A DNA stretch of 64,000 nt, from assembly GCA_963769885.1 (NCBI GenBank), contig CAVYNH010000007.1, positions 32,001 through 96,000 on the forward strand, read 5' to 3'. The translations under genes and the position numbers were made by a program. The notes under the pieces were generated by a model. It saw nothing but the letters and a program-made list of their open reading frames with translations. It was not told where the DNA came from and made no database searches. This DNA is from Methanobacteriota archaeon (GTDB lineage Archaea; Thermoplasmatota; E2; DHVEG-1). Shown here in pieces: positions 8,975 to 19,397 of the stretch. Every line of letters starts with the position of its first letter. The stretch's first letter is position 1.

Positions 8975-11095
8975 ATGGACTGCGACCACACCATCACCAC
9001 CCACCACCACACCAAAACCCTCACCCTCAACTGCCGCGCCTGCACCCATGGCGCCTCCAGCCTCAGCGACCCCGTCTGCCGACAACAGATTTTCACCCTC
9101 CTCAGAAAACACCGCGGCACCACCCAACTCATCCTCAACCACACCATCGTCAAAGTCTACACCAACACCGAACTGGCAACCCTCCACGCCCTCACCGCCT
9201 TCATCGACCGCGCCAGCACCTACCATCCCACCCCAGACAGCCCCCACCACGCCATCCTCGACACCCTCACCACCGACCCCATACAGACCCACCGCACCCT
9301 CACCGATCACCTCCAACACATGGACCCCACCGACCCCGACCACCACCTCCTCACCGACCTCGACACCCACTTCCCCAGACTCATCAAAGAAGACACCCCC
9401 ACCGACGCCTTCTACGCCCACCACCTCCGCCCCTACGTCCGCCCCGGCTTCATCGACTCCTACATCCACCTCCACCCCCCACCCGACACCCACTTCCTCG
9501 AATCCTACGACGTCACACGACCCGGCGGACGACCCACCCACATCACCCTCTACGCCCACACCGACAAACCAGAAAAACTCTACTTCATCGTCCCACCCGA
9601 ATACACCCTCCCCAAACACGAACTCCACCTCCTCGAAACCCTCCGCACAACCCTCGCCGCCCACCGCCCCACCGACACCACCTTCCTCGACGCCACCCAC
9701 GCCGAAGACTACTTCAAACACCTCGCCGCCACCACACTGGCCACCCTCACCACCACGCTTCCCCCCGACCGCCTCGACTACCTCGCCGACACCTACGCCC
9801 GCTACACCGCCGGCCTCGGTATCCTCGAAGACCTCCTCCTCGACCACCGCATCCAAGACATCTACATCAACGCCCCCTCGCACCACAACCCCATCCACCT
9901 CGTCCACGACGGCGAAGAATACACCACCAACATCTACCTCTCCGACACCGACATCGACGCCCTCGCATCAAAATTCCGCGCCATCAGCGCCAGAGCCTTC
10001 AGCGAAGCCTCCCCCGTCCTCGACATGGACCTCCCCGCCTACCACACCCGCATCGCCGCCATCTCCAACCCCCTCACCCCCCGCGGCATCGCCTTCGCCC
10101 TCCGCCGCCACCGCCCCCATCCCTGGACACTCGCCCACTTTATTAAAAACCACATGCTCACCCCAGCCGCCGCCGGCCTCCTCAGCCTCCTCGTCGACGG
10201 CCAAGCCACACTCCTGATCGCCGGCAGCCGAGGCGCCGGCAAAACCTCACTGCTCACCGCCCTCCTCCTCGAAATCCCCCAACGCTACCGCATCCTCACC
10301 ATCGAAGACACCCCCGAACTCCCCGTCCAACAACTCCAAGACCACGGCTACAAACTCCAATCCCTCATCACCCGCTCCATCGCCACTCACGCCACCTCCC
10401 TCGAGATCGACCCCACCGACGCCCTCCGCACCGCCCTCCGCCTCGGCGAATCCGTCCTCATCCTTGGAGAAGTCCGCGGCCTCGAAGCCAAAGTCCTCTT
10501 CGAAGCTATGCGCATCGGCGCCGCCGGCAACCTCATCATGGGCACTATCCACGGCGCCACCACCCGCGACGTCTACGAGCGCGTCGTCTACGACATCGGC
10601 GTCCCCCCCACCTCCTTCAAAGCCGTCGACGCCATCATCATCGCCGCCCCAATCCGCAAAGGCGGCGGCATCGAACGCCACCGCCGCATCACCCAAATCT
10701 CCGAGACCGCCAAAACCGGCTGGACCACCACCCCAGACCCCGACAAAGTCTTCCATGACCTCATGACCTACGACGCTGCCACCGACACCCTCCACCCCAC
10801 CGACCTCCTCGACATGGGCCAATCCCTCGTCATCAGCACCATCGCCAAGAAATGGGGCATCAGCATCGAAGACGCCCTCGCCAACATCCACCTCAGAGCC
10901 GCCATCAAACAAACCATGGTCGACCACAGCGCCACCCAGCCCCTCCTCCTCGAGGCGGCCGCGACCCGCGACGCCAACAACGCCCTCTGGCTTCTCATCG
11001 AGCAAGCTCGCCACCGCAAGGACACCGACCGCTACCACTGGATCCGACATCACTGGGACCAATGGTTCACAGAGTACCGCCGGGGCCTCGCATGA
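8975..11095 (+). CDS. Type II/IV secretion ATPase (VirB11/TadA/FlaI family)
   Basis: AGSRGAGKT, TIEDTPEL, ALRLG, ILGEVRG.EA, GTIHG. Confidence 0.93.
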   Translation: MDCDHTITTHHHTKTLTLNCRACTHGASSLSDPVCRQQIFTLLRKHRGTTQLILNHTIVKVYTNTELATLHALTAFIDRASTYHPTPDSPHHAILDTLTTDPIQTHRTLTDHLQHMDPTDPDHHLLTDLDTHFPRLIKEDTPTDAFYAHHLRPYVRPGFIDSYIHLHPPPDTHFLESYDVTRPGGRPTHITLYAHTDKPEKLYFIVPPEYTLPKHELHLLETLRTTLAAHRPTDTTFLDATHAEDYFKHLAATTLATLTTTLPPDRLDYLADTYARYTAGLGILEDLLLDHRIQDIYINAPSHHNPIHLVHDGEEYTTNIYLSDTDIDALASKFRAISARAFSEASPVLDMDLPAYHTRIAAISNPLTPRGIAFALRRHRPHPWTLAHFIKNHMLTPAAAGLLSLLVDGQATLLIAGSRGAGKTSLLTALLLEIPQRYRILTIEDTPELPVQQLQDHGYKLQSLITRSIATHATSLEIDPTDALRTALRLGESVLILGEVRGLEAKVLFEAMRIGAAGNLIMGTIHGATTRDVYERVVYDIGVPPTSFKAVDAIIIAAPIRKGGGIERHRRITQISETAKTGWTTTPDPDKVFHDLMTYDAATDTLHPTDLLDMGQSLVISTIAKKWGISIEDALANIHLRAAIKQTMVDHSATQPLLLEAAATRDANNALWLLIEQARHRKDTDRYHWIRHHWDQWFTEYRRGLA

Positions 11096-13020
11096 CCACC
11101 GGCCACTGGTACCTCTCCGGCGTCGCCTTCACAAAACGCCACTTCCCCTGGCTCAGCCGCCCCACCGATAAGGCCAAGTCATTCTCCCGGGAATTCCTCC
11201 ATTCCCTGGCCTTCAGCGGCCTTGAGCTCGAGCCATGCGACATCCTCCTCTTCTCCCACGTAGCCGCACTTCTCGCCTTCCTCATCTGCCTTACCGCCGC
11301 CATCATCACACTCACCATTTGTACTATTATACAACAGCCACTCGACCTCCTGCTTTTGGCGGGACTCATCCTCTCCTTTGTCATCGTCCCATTCACCGCC
11401 ATGAACGCTATCGCTGCCTACCCCAGCTCCTACGCTAAGTATGCCCGCATCCAATCGCTTGGCGATGTGCCGGAAATCCTCAGCTACCTCGTCATGTCCC
11501 TCAAGATCGTCCCCAACCTAGAGAACAGCGTGAAGTTCGCCGCGACGGAATCTAAGACACACCTCGCCGCCGACCTGCGCAAACTTCTCTGGGATATGGA
11601 GATCCGGCTCTACCACGGCATCGACGAGGCGCTCACTGCCTTCTCCCAATACTGGGGGCAATGGCATGAGTACCTCCGCCGTTCACTTCATCTGATCAAG
11701 GCCTCGATCTGCGAACACGACGAGGTCTCCCGGTCCCTCACCCTGGACCGCGCCCTCGAAGTCTCCCTTGATGGCACCAAGGAGCTGATGAACAAGTTCG
11801 TCAACGCCCTCCATCAGCCAACCATGATTCTCTATTCAGTCGGCATCATGATTCCACTTTCGCTTGTTGCGATGCTGCCCGCGGCCAGCCTCGTCGGCAT
11901 CCACCTCTCCCTGTTGGAAGTATTTCTGCTCTATGACGTGGGCATCCCTATTTTCGTTTTCATTTTCATGTGGAGGATTCTCCTGTCGCGGCCGGCAGCG
12001 TTCGCGCCCCCGCGTATCTCCCCCACACATCCAGATCTGAAAAACATCCACACACTTCAGGAGGGATGCATCGCCCTTCTCATCGGTGGCCTCATCGCCG
12101 TTCCGTTCGTGCTCTCGCTATCTTCGTGGTCAGGCATCTTTGCGCGCATTAAAGGGATCATCCCTCTAAGCTTGTTCCTCATCTGGGGGATCACAGGCGG
12201 CGGTTCATGGTACTGCCTTCGCGTCTATACGCCCTATAAGAGGATTCGCGATGGAATCAAGGCGATGGAGCGGGAGTTCAGTGACGCGCTTTATGTTTTA
12301 GGGAAGCGGCTCGCAGAAGACCGGTCGCCTGAGGAGAGTATCCAGTTCACGGCGCAGGCGATGGTGGGGACGAAGATCTCGGAGGTCCTTGCTCATACAG
12401 GATACCTGTTGCAGACCATGAATATCAGCCTACGAGATGCGTTCTTCCACCCTGAGTTCGGGTCTCTGAAGTACGTCTCCTCGGATAGAATCAAGGCGCT
12501 TACGCGGCTTATTGTCGAGGGGATTCAGAAAAGCCAGCAGGCGGTGAGCCTCTCGATTATTCGGATTGCGGATCATTTGAGAGACCTGCAGGACGTCGAG
12601 GCGAAGATTCGGGATATGCTCAATGAGTTGACGTCGACGCTGCGGGCGACGACGACGGTGTTCGCGCCGTTGATTGCGGGCGTCACCTTGAGTATCACGA
12701 CGTTGATTGCGTCGATTCTTTCTTCGGTGCAATCACAGTTCTCAGTCATTCCTGAGGATTCATCTCTCTCGATGTTGCCGATATCGACGGCGTTCTCCGC
12801 GCAGAACATCCAGCCGGAGTACTTCATCTTGATTATCGGTGTGTATCTCCTTGAGCTGGTGGTGTTGTTGACGCGGTTCACGAACGGCATCAATGAGGGC
12901 GATGACCGGTCGCTGTTCATGTACAGCCTGGGGCGGACCATGATCGTCGCGGTGGTTATCTTCAGTCTGACCGTTATCTTGGGTCAGTATTTTTTCCTTG
13001 GGTTTGTCCCGCATGTCTAA
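11092..13020 (+). CDS. TadC/FlaJ-like polytopic platform protein
   Basis: ATGA overlap with the ATPase; several TM segments with two cytoplasmic domains (PNLENSVKFAA; EREFSDALY.LG). Confidence 0.8.
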   Translation: MTTGHWYLSGVAFTKRHFPWLSRPTDKAKSFSREFLHSLAFSGLELEPCDILLFSHVAALLAFLICLTAAIITLTICTIIQQPLDLLLLAGLILSFVIVPFTAMNAIAAYPSSYAKYARIQSLGDVPEILSYLVMSLKIVPNLENSVKFAATESKTHLAADLRKLLWDMEIRLYHGIDEALTAFSQYWGQWHEYLRRSLHLIKASICEHDEVSRSLTLDRALEVSLDGTKELMNKFVNALHQPTMILYSVGIMIPLSLVAMLPAASLVGIHLSLLEVFLLYDVGIPIFVFIFMWRILLSRPAAFAPPRISPTHPDLKNIHTLQEGCIALLIGGLIAVPFVLSLSSWSGIFARIKGIIPLSLFLIWGITGGGSWYCLRVYTPYKRIRDGIKAMEREFSDALYVLGKRLAEDRSPEESIQFTAQAMVGTKISEVLAHTGYLLQTMNISLRDAFFHPEFGSLKYVSSDRIKALTRLIVEGIQKSQQAVSLSIIRIADHLRDLQDVEAKIRDMLNELTSTLRATTTVFAPLIAGVTLSITTLIASILSSVQSQFSVIPEDSSLSMLPISTAFSAQNIQPEYFILIIGVYLLELVVLLTRFTNGINEGDDRSLFMYSLGRTMIVAVVIFSLTVILGQYFFLGFVPHV

Positions 13021-13176
13021 TTTTTTTTCGATGGTTCGGATGGTGGGTGTGCAGATAGGTATGCGGGCGGCTGGATACATACATGGACATGTACCGGGAG
13101 ATATACCGGGGGACTTACATGAGAAATGGCTTTATTAACTAGGACGGGTTTTCGCTGGTTGGAAGGTGGATGCGGG

Positions 13177-13512
13177 ATGCAGAACGAGGATGCTACAGGA
13201 CAGACGCTCGAGTTTCGGCGGCCGTTGGCGGTGCGGGCGCTGCGGCGCAGTAATGTGCGGATTAAGATAGCGGAGTATCTTTCTGAGATTAGTCCGAATT
13301 ATAGTTATACGGCGGACATCGCGTATCATGTGCGGACGACGCCGTCGAATGTGATTGGGGCGATCCGGGGGATGGAGACGCGGTATAAGGAGGATGAGTC
13401 TCTTCTGAATCTTGATATCGTGGAGGAGAAGAACTGCCGCAACAACATCAAGCTGTATGGAATCACGGTGTTTGGCAAGGAGATGTTGCGGGAGATTAAG
13501 GAGAAAAAATAG
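13177..13512 (+). CDS. earA: EarA-family winged-helix transcriptional activator
   Basis: RALRRSNVR.KI..YL..I.P..SY...IA......PSNV.GA.RGM..RY....SL..L.IVE. Confidence 0.8.
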   Translation: MQNEDATGQTLEFRRPLAVRALRRSNVRIKIAEYLSEISPNYSYTADIAYHVRTTPSNVIGAIRGMETRYKEDESLLNLDIVEEKNCRNNIKLYGITVFGKEMLREIKEKK

Positions 13513-13551
13513 TCTTCGGTTTCTTGAGTGCGTTCTTTTTCCTTTGTTTTG

Positions 13552-15090
13552 TTATTCTGTGGGTTCGTTGATGGTTTCGGTGGAACCGCTGGCGGAGAGG
13601 AGTTGTTGCAGAGAGTTGGTGTACTCCGTGGGTGTGGCGTTGAGGAGTCGTTCGACGGATGGTTTGAGGAATTCGCCGTAGTTGATTTCTTCGGAGGTGA
13701 ATTTCCATTTGGCTTCTTTTTCGGCCTGGAAGGCGAGGAGGAAGGCGTATTCGAGGGATTTCCCTTGGGGGGTGTCCGGTCGTCGTTTGAGTTCTCGTAC
13801 TGCTTTTTGTGTGCCTTCGGTTTTGTAGATGCGGGTGATGGTGTCCGCGAACTGGGCGAGGGCTGGGAGGGTGGTGTACTGGGGGAGTTCTTGGAGGAGC
13901 CTTTGATGGTCCCGCCATTCGAAGGCCATCTTTAGGATTGTGGTTGGGGAGTCATGGAGTTGGCTGAGGGCGTCTGCTTGGTGTGGGTCGTTGACGATGC
14001 TGCGGATGAAGTCTTTGCCGTAGGGGGTCCAGAGTTGTTCGAAGACTTTGGCCGCTGTTTTTTCCGGGATGACGATGGATTGGTTGGTCCTGGTGAGCAT
14101 GTAGTCGAGGGCTTGGCGTTCTTCGGGTGAGGGCTGGAGGGCGTCGATGAAGGATTGTGGTGAGTCGTAGGCTTCTCCTTTGGCCATGAGGACGCGGTCG
14201 GTTTGTTGTCGGACCGAGGTCTGGTGGTGTTTTGCGCGGTCGCTGATGAATTGGGCGTCGGTGAGGGCGCCGGAGAAGTAGGCTCGGGTGGCGCGTCGTT
14301 TGTCTCTTGGGTTTTCTTCGTGGGCGGCAGAGTAGGCGGAGATGACGTCTGCGGTGATATCGGCGGAGAGGTCTGGTTCGATGAAGTATCTGGTCATGGC
14401 GATGATGGTGTTGCCTTTAATCTTGGCGCAGGTTTCGCAGATGCCGATGATAAGGTGGGCGGAGTGCCAGTCGAGGCGGAGGTACGGCGTTGAGACCGGT
14501 TTTTTTTCTCTCAGTGTTGAGGGGGGGATGTGTGGGCAGGCGGCAGTGTCGTCTTGGGCGGTGAGGGAGAGTTTTTTTAGCAGGAAGGTGAGGAAGTCGG
14601 TGGGTGGTTGGGGGGTGCGTCCAGTGCAGGCATAGCCGGTGTCCCAGGAGTAGATGTTGAGGTGTTTTTTCTTGGCGTAGGTGGCAATTCCGAGGAGGCG
14701 GTAGACGGGGTCTTGGCAGTGTTGGGCGGCGATGAGGTGTTCTTTGTCGGCGGCGCCGCGTTGGGCGTACATAACGGTTTCGCCGGTGGAGAATTTGAGG
14801 TAGCCGAGGACTGGTGCTTTTTCGGTGTCGAGGAGGAGGAGGGTGCCGGCGACGGCGCCTTCGAGGGTTTTTTTGTTGGCGAGTTTTTTGAGTCGGTCGG
14901 GGTTGTCGTGGAGGGTGGCGATGGCGGTGAGGTGATTGTGGAGCTTGGCGAAATATTTGTCGCAGCCGGTGGGGAGGAGGCAGTCGGGGTGTTGTTGGAG
15001 GTATCTGGCGTTGTCGATGAGGTCTTTTTCGTGTGTTTTTGGGGCGGTGCGGTGGAAGGTGCGTTGGGCGGTGGCTGGTTTCTTTGCCAT
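13552..15090 (-). CDS. Hypothetical protein (512 aa, Cys-containing)
   Basis: Long ORF with consistent codon pattern; no family recognised. Confidence 0.7.
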   Translation of the reverse strand: MAKKPATAQRTFHRTAPKTHEKDLIDNARYLQQHPDCLLPTGCDKYFAKLHNHLTAIATLHDNPDRLKKLANKKTLEGAVAGTLLLLDTEKAPVLGYLKFSTGETVMYAQRGAADKEHLIAAQHCQDPVYRLLGIATYAKKKHLNIYSWDTGYACTGRTPQPPTDFLTFLLKKLSLTAQDDTAACPHIPPSTLREKKPVSTPYLRLDWHSAHLIIGICETCAKIKGNTIIAMTRYFIEPDLSADITADVISAYSAAHEENPRDKRRATRAYFSGALTDAQFISDRAKHHQTSVRQQTDRVLMAKGEAYDSPQSFIDALQPSPEERQALDYMLTRTNQSIVIPEKTAAKVFEQLWTPYGKDFIRSIVNDPHQADALSQLHDSPTTILKMAFEWRDHQRLLQELPQYTTLPALAQFADTITRIYKTEGTQKAVRELKRRPDTPQGKSLEYAFLLAFQAEKEAKWKFTSEEINYGEFLKPSVERLLNATPTEYTNSLQQLLSASGSTETINEPTE

Positions 15091-15185
15091 GGGACGGTCT
15101 TTTGGTGATAAGGTGGGGCTGTTAAAGAGGCTATCGATAGCTTTTATACGTATTGCGGTGTTTTCCAGGGTGAGGTGACTAGTGG

Positions 15186-15764
15186 ATGAATCTGTTTTCG
15201 GTGATGGTGGGTCGGCGGACGGTCCGGCGGTTTGTGCAGCGGTCGTTGCCTGCGGGGTTGTTGGAGCGGTGTGTGGATGTGGCGCGGCTGGCGCCGTCGG
15301 CGGCGAATCTGCAGCCGTTTGAGTACGTGGTGGTTTCGGATCGTGAGGGGTGTGCGCGGGTGTTTCCCGCGTTGAAATGGGCGGCGTATTTGGAGCCGGC
15401 GTGGGTGCCGGCGGAGGGGGAGCGGCCGGTGGCGTACATCGTCATGGTCGCGAGGGATGAGAAGCCGTTCACGCTGCGGGATATGGGGCTTGCGGCCTCG
15501 TCGATGGTGGTGTTGGCGGAGTCTGAGGGGGTGGGGAGTTGCATCCTGTGCAATATTGATAAGGAGAGGATTCGGAGGATTTTGGGTGTTCCCGATTCGT
15601 TTTTCGTTGATGCGGTGATCGCGCTGGGGTATAAGGCGGAGGAGCCGGTGGTAGAGGAGCGGGAGGATACGGTGAAGTACTGGCGGGACAGTGATGGGGT
15701 GTTGCATGTGCCGAAGCGGCCGTTGTCGTCGGTGCTGCATCGGGGGTCTTTTCGGGGGCGATGA
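15186..15764 (+). CDS. Nitroreductase family protein
   Basis: RRTVRRF, ARLAPSAANLQP, GVGSC, IALGY. Confidence 0.92.
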   Translation: MNLFSVMVGRRTVRRFVQRSLPAGLLERCVDVARLAPSAANLQPFEYVVVSDREGCARVFPALKWAAYLEPAWVPAEGERPVAYIVMVARDEKPFTLRDMGLAASSMVVLAESEGVGSCILCNIDKERIRRILGVPDSFFVDAVIALGYKAEEPVVEEREDTVKYWRDSDGVLHVPKRPLSSVLHRGSFRGR

Positions 15765-15801
15765 AAAGGTTAAAATTCTGGGTTGGCTTATGGGGGGTAC
15801 T

Positions 15802-16083
15802 ATGAGGGAATACTCGATTAAACGTGGTCATGATGTCGATTTGAATTCGCTGGTCGCCAGGTATTTCGGGGCGGACGGCGATATCACCGAGGGGATTTCG
15901 TTCTCCGCTGATGGGATCGGGGAGGTGAACCTGAAGCGGGAGAAGAACAAGCTGCAGGTGGATATCGTGCCGCCGAAGAAGATCACGGGGGACGGGACGA
16001 TCATCCGGAAGTGGAACGAGTTTTTGTTAGAGGCGACGGGCAAAGACGCGAAGGAACGGAAAAAGGAATTTGGGAAGTGCTAA
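15802..16083 (+). CDS. DUF5611-like archaeal protein
   Basis: MREY.IKRG...WNEFL.EATG.DAKERKK. Confidence 0.7.
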   Translation: MREYSIKRGHDVDLNSLVARYFGADGDITEGISFSADGIGEVNLKREKNKLQVDIVPPKKITGDGTIIRKWNEFLLEATGKDAKERKKEFGKC

Positions 16084-16554
16084 CAGCAAGAAACAACAGG
16101 ATGTTTTCGACATCAGACGCGGACCTTCAAGGCGCACATCGTTCATTCCCTAGTGTTTGTCCTTGCAATCGTGATTATCGACGTGGCCGTCATAATTCCC
16201 CTAACGAATCAGCTTGTTGCTGGATCTGGCCAAACTATTGAGGGAACGATTGTCTCGTACTTTAGTACGTTCATCGCCATAATGGTCCTCCTCGTCGTGG
16301 TCTTCGGACTTTTCGACGGGTAGACCACTCGGACTTGTCACCTGTCTTTTAGGGGCTGGTGGTTTATTGTGGTGGCCGCTAACCTCCTCTTTCTCCTCAG
16401 GTTGAAGTCAAACGGGCGGGGCTGGCCCAGAAGGCAGAGTTTACTTATGTTTTCCCGTCATCAGCTTCCCCCTCCTTTCATATTTTTATTTGGTGGGGGT
16501 TAACAAAAAATATAACTAGAGATATGACTTTCCCAAATCAACCTTCGAGGAAAA

Positions 16555-16737
16555 ATGGGAAAAGACGAAGATCGAGACGAAGCGATAGCAGCTTTTTTAC
16601 TTGGTTTGATAGGTGGTGCCTTAGTAGGATATTTGTTGAAAAAAACCTTGGGAACACCATGCCCAAGATGCGGAACCCAGGTACCTCAAAGAGCATATCG
16701 GTGCCCGAATTGTGGAGTTACCTTGGAATGGAAGTAA
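16555..16737 (+). CDS. Small TM + zinc-ribbon protein
   Basis: Hydrophobic helix then CPRC...CPNC; GAGG RBS. Confidence 0.6.
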   Translation: MGKDEDRDEAIAAFLLGLIGGALVGYLLKKTLGTPCPRCGTQVPQRAYRCPNCGVTLEWK

Positions 16738-16741
16738 ACTA

Positions 16742-17002
16742 ATGAGCGAGACAGAGGAGCAGCGGCTTTCAATACTTCATAAAAACTTCACGTTAGGTGT
16801 AAAAGCGTCCCTGCCGATTCTAGGTGGTTTGACTTCTTGGTGCTGTTATGGTTATTTTATCCAGAACACCCTAAATATATGGTTAATCCTCATCACTATA
16901 GGATTGTTCATAAGCACTATTGGCAGATGCCTCTTTGTTTGCATTAGCCCTTTTCGAGAACCAAAAATCAAGCAAGAAAAAAATTCCAATAAAGGCCCGT
17001 AG
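16742..17002 (+). CDS. Small two-TM hypothetical protein
   Basis: Two hydrophobic segments; directly follows the previous ORF. Confidence 0.4.
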   Translation: MSETEEQRLSILHKNFTLGVKASLPILGGLTSWCCYGYFIQNTLNIWLILITIGLFISTIGRCLFVCISPFREPKIKQEKNSNKGP

Positions 17003-17094
17003 AATCAACTAGGAACCATACATACCATTTTAGGACAGAACAACCCCACGCGGCCGTAGATAATGCGCCGCAGGCCTGAAAGCAAAGCCCGTTT

Positions 17095-18087
17095 TCATGT
17101 GGTCAATGATTTTGTTATTTCGTTGCCTGATTTTTGGTCTTGACCGAGTGCGGGAAAACGGAATTTAGAGGCTTCGAGGTATTCCTCGATTATTTCAAAG
17201 GCTATCCATTTTCTCTTTAGCTCTTGTGCTACCTTGCCGGTTACATTGCTGCCAGCGAAGGGGTCTAGAACTACGTCATTTACACCTGTGAGGAATCGAA
17301 TGAAAAACTCTGGTAGTTTCTTAGGGAATCGGGCCGGGTGTGGTTTAATGCCCGCTACCTCACATTTCTTCAGGTAAGAACTATTAGCGTCGTTGTTGCC
17401 GAACTCTAGGAGATTCGGGGGGATTGCGCCCCCAAGGTCTTTGTTGAATTTCGGGGTGATCTTGTAGCCTGAGGGCCGCTCCTTTGGTCTGTACCCGTTC
17501 ACGAGGAGGTCTTGCATCGCCTTACTATAGGGCCGTAGAACGTTGCGGTTATCGGCCTTGGGGTACTCTGTTTTCGAGAGCCACCATACAGTATTCACCG
17601 CTGGCTTGACTCGTATTCGCCTTACGTTGACCCATTCGGCGGGAGTGGGTAAGGCCGCGGTATTGTACCAATAGATATCCTGGGCTAGGTTGAACCTGAT
17701 TTTTTGCTCTTTAATCGTTTGCTCCCTACAGAGTTCGATGGGGAGCTCAAAGTTATAGAGAGATTTCGTCGGTACTCCTTTATTCCAGCTTCCCCCGACG
17801 TCAATAACCAGGCTTCCATCCTTGGTTAAGACCCGGTGAAAATCGTATTTGAATGAGGAGACAAACCAGTTAACGTATTCCTCTGGGGCGACGTTGCCAT
17901 ATTTCTTCTTGAATTGGAGTGCAAACGGGGGCGAGGTCATTATGAGATTAACTGATTCATCTGGGATTTTCTTTAGTAACTCGATTGAATCACCGAGGTA
18001 GGCCGCTCCCCGATCCGTAAAATAGAAGGGATTCTCCTGGATTTTGTTTTTAAATGGGTTGATTATTGGGTTAATCAGTTGGTCCAT
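17095..18087 (-). CDS. Site-specific DNA methyltransferase, beta class (probably N4-cytosine)
   Basis: Motif IV TSPPF near the N-terminus, HPARFP, motif I VLDPFAGS near the C-terminus. Confidence 0.93.
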   Translation of the reverse strand: MDQLINPIINPFKNKIQENPFYFTDRGAAYLGDSIELLKKIPDESVNLIMTSPPFALQFKKKYGNVAPEEYVNWFVSSFKYDFHRVLTKDGSLVIDVGGSWNKGVPTKSLYNFELPIELCREQTIKEQKIRFNLAQDIYWYNTAALPTPAEWVNVRRIRVKPAVNTVWWLSKTEYPKADNRNVLRPYSKAMQDLLVNGYRPKERPSGYKITPKFNKDLGGAIPPNLLEFGNNDANSSYLKKCEVAGIKPHPARFPKKLPEFFIRFLTGVNDVVLDPFAGSNVTGKVAQELKRKWIAFEIIEEYLEASKFRFPALGQDQKSGNEITKSLTT

Positions 18088-18090
18088 AGA

Positions 18091-18273
18091 TCACTCTTTC
18101 TTCTGGTTAAGTTTGTTTTTCGCTGAGGTGGAAATCATGGATTTTTCAGCCATCCATGCCAGGATAATATTACGGATAATCTCAGCGTCCCCGGTTCCCA
18201 TCTCGCCCCGGAATTTCTCGATTAGATTCCATTGCTCTTGATTGAAGACAACCTGAACTCGTTTTCGTTTCAT
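18091..18273 (-). CDS. CopG/ribbon-helix-helix small regulator
   Basis: KRVQVVF...QW.LIE...G.MG..DAEIIRNI; directly upstream of the MTase. Confidence 0.7.
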   Translation of the reverse strand: MKRKRVQVVFNQEQWNLIEKFRGEMGTGDAEIIRNIILAWMAEKSMISTSAKNKLNQKKE

Positions 18274-18367
18274 CTCTCGCCCCCCCCATCTTGAAAATAC
18301 ACACTCAAGACACACCTGAGATAGTCTTGCCTTATATTAAGTTTTCTGATTTTTAAAGCCTAAGGGC

Positions 18368-18904
18368 ATGGTTCACAAGCTGGAGAAGGTTTTTAACGCC
18401 TCGAAAGAGGACATCCTGGATGCGATTTCGCATGGTTTCAGAGCGCAGGTGGATGTCAAAGGGAAACTCGCTGAACTCTATCTCGATAAAATGTTAACGA
18501 AACTCCAGAATGCAGGAACCATAAGTGACCTCCAATGGAATGACAAAGACGGGGAACCGGACTTTTATTTTACCTATGAGGGCCGGAATCATCGCCTCGA
18601 ATGTAAGAACCTCCGAAATGAGGTATTCACAAAGCCACCCTCCTACAAGGTTGAGATTCAGAAAACCCGAAACTCCAAGGATGGAACCAATACAAGGAGT
18701 TACCGCGTTGATCACTTTGATACTCTAGCCGTCTGCCTCTTTAATCAAACCGGGAAATGGGAATACCGCTATATCAAAACTATTGATTTAGAGCGAGTAG
18801 ATAATGATCCCCGTCTCCTTAAGATTATGCAAAGAGTCCCTAAAACCCTAGTTGAACCTTGGAAAAGCGACCTTCTTGATGTCTTAAAAGTGAAAAATCT
18901 TTAA
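18368..18904 (+). CDS. Putative PD-(D/E)XK restriction endonuclease
   Basis: KGKLAE...PDF...LECK...VEIQKTR; divergent from the MTase. Confidence 0.65.
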   Translation: MVHKLEKVFNASKEDILDAISHGFRAQVDVKGKLAELYLDKMLTKLQNAGTISDLQWNDKDGEPDFYFTYEGRNHRLECKNLRNEVFTKPPSYKVEIQKTRNSKDGTNTRSYRVDHFDTLAVCLFNQTGKWEYRYIKTIDLERVDNDPRLLKIMQRVPKTLVEPWKSDLLDVLKVKNL

Positions 18905-18961
18905 AGCAAACCTGCTATATGCTTTATAATTTCAGGGAGAGGCATCAATTAAGGAGCATTC

Positions 18962-19375
18962 ATGGAAGGGTCAAAGCAAGGGGATGAAAAATACGTCGAA
19001 ATAAACGGGAAGAAATACCCTGCCTCCCTGTGGGATGAAAAATATGGGGAGAAATACGGAATAGATCACTATGCCACAAGCCTGTCTCTTTATCACAGGA
19101 AAACCATTCAAATGCTTCTAAATTTGAAAATCATTCAGTATTATCAACCTCCTGACGGGGTAGATTTTACCTGTGTTTTAACCCCAGATTTTGTCGCTCG
19201 ATGTGAGAAACGTTATACTGAATCGGGTAACAAGAAGTTTCAATGGGACGACTTGTTTAAAGAGATAGGGAAAGAAAACGGGGTGAGGTTGGGAGGGAGG
19301 TTGTTAAGAGATATGATCGAGTTTATATTATTCGTCGATAAATGGGGGAATAAAGGACAGATTTGGCTTCGATAA
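18962..19375 (+). CDS. Hypothetical protein
   Basis: AGGAG RBS, 137-aa ORF. Confidence 0.55.
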   Translation: MEGSKQGDEKYVEINGKKYPASLWDEKYGEKYGIDHYATSLSLYHRKTIQMLLNLKIIQYYQPPDGVDFTCVLTPDFVARCEKRYTESGNKKFQWDDLFKEIGKENGVRLGGRLLRDMIEFILFVDKWGNKGQIWLR

Positions 19376-19397
19376 ACGGGTGATATGGAGGTAGATT

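Noticed and set aside
8900-11062. Long alternative ORFs (Pro/Thr/Ser-rich 9048-10217; Gly/Val-rich antisense), similarly at 25622-26960
   Set aside because: Shadow frames created by extreme C/G skew over genuine ATPase and malQ genes.
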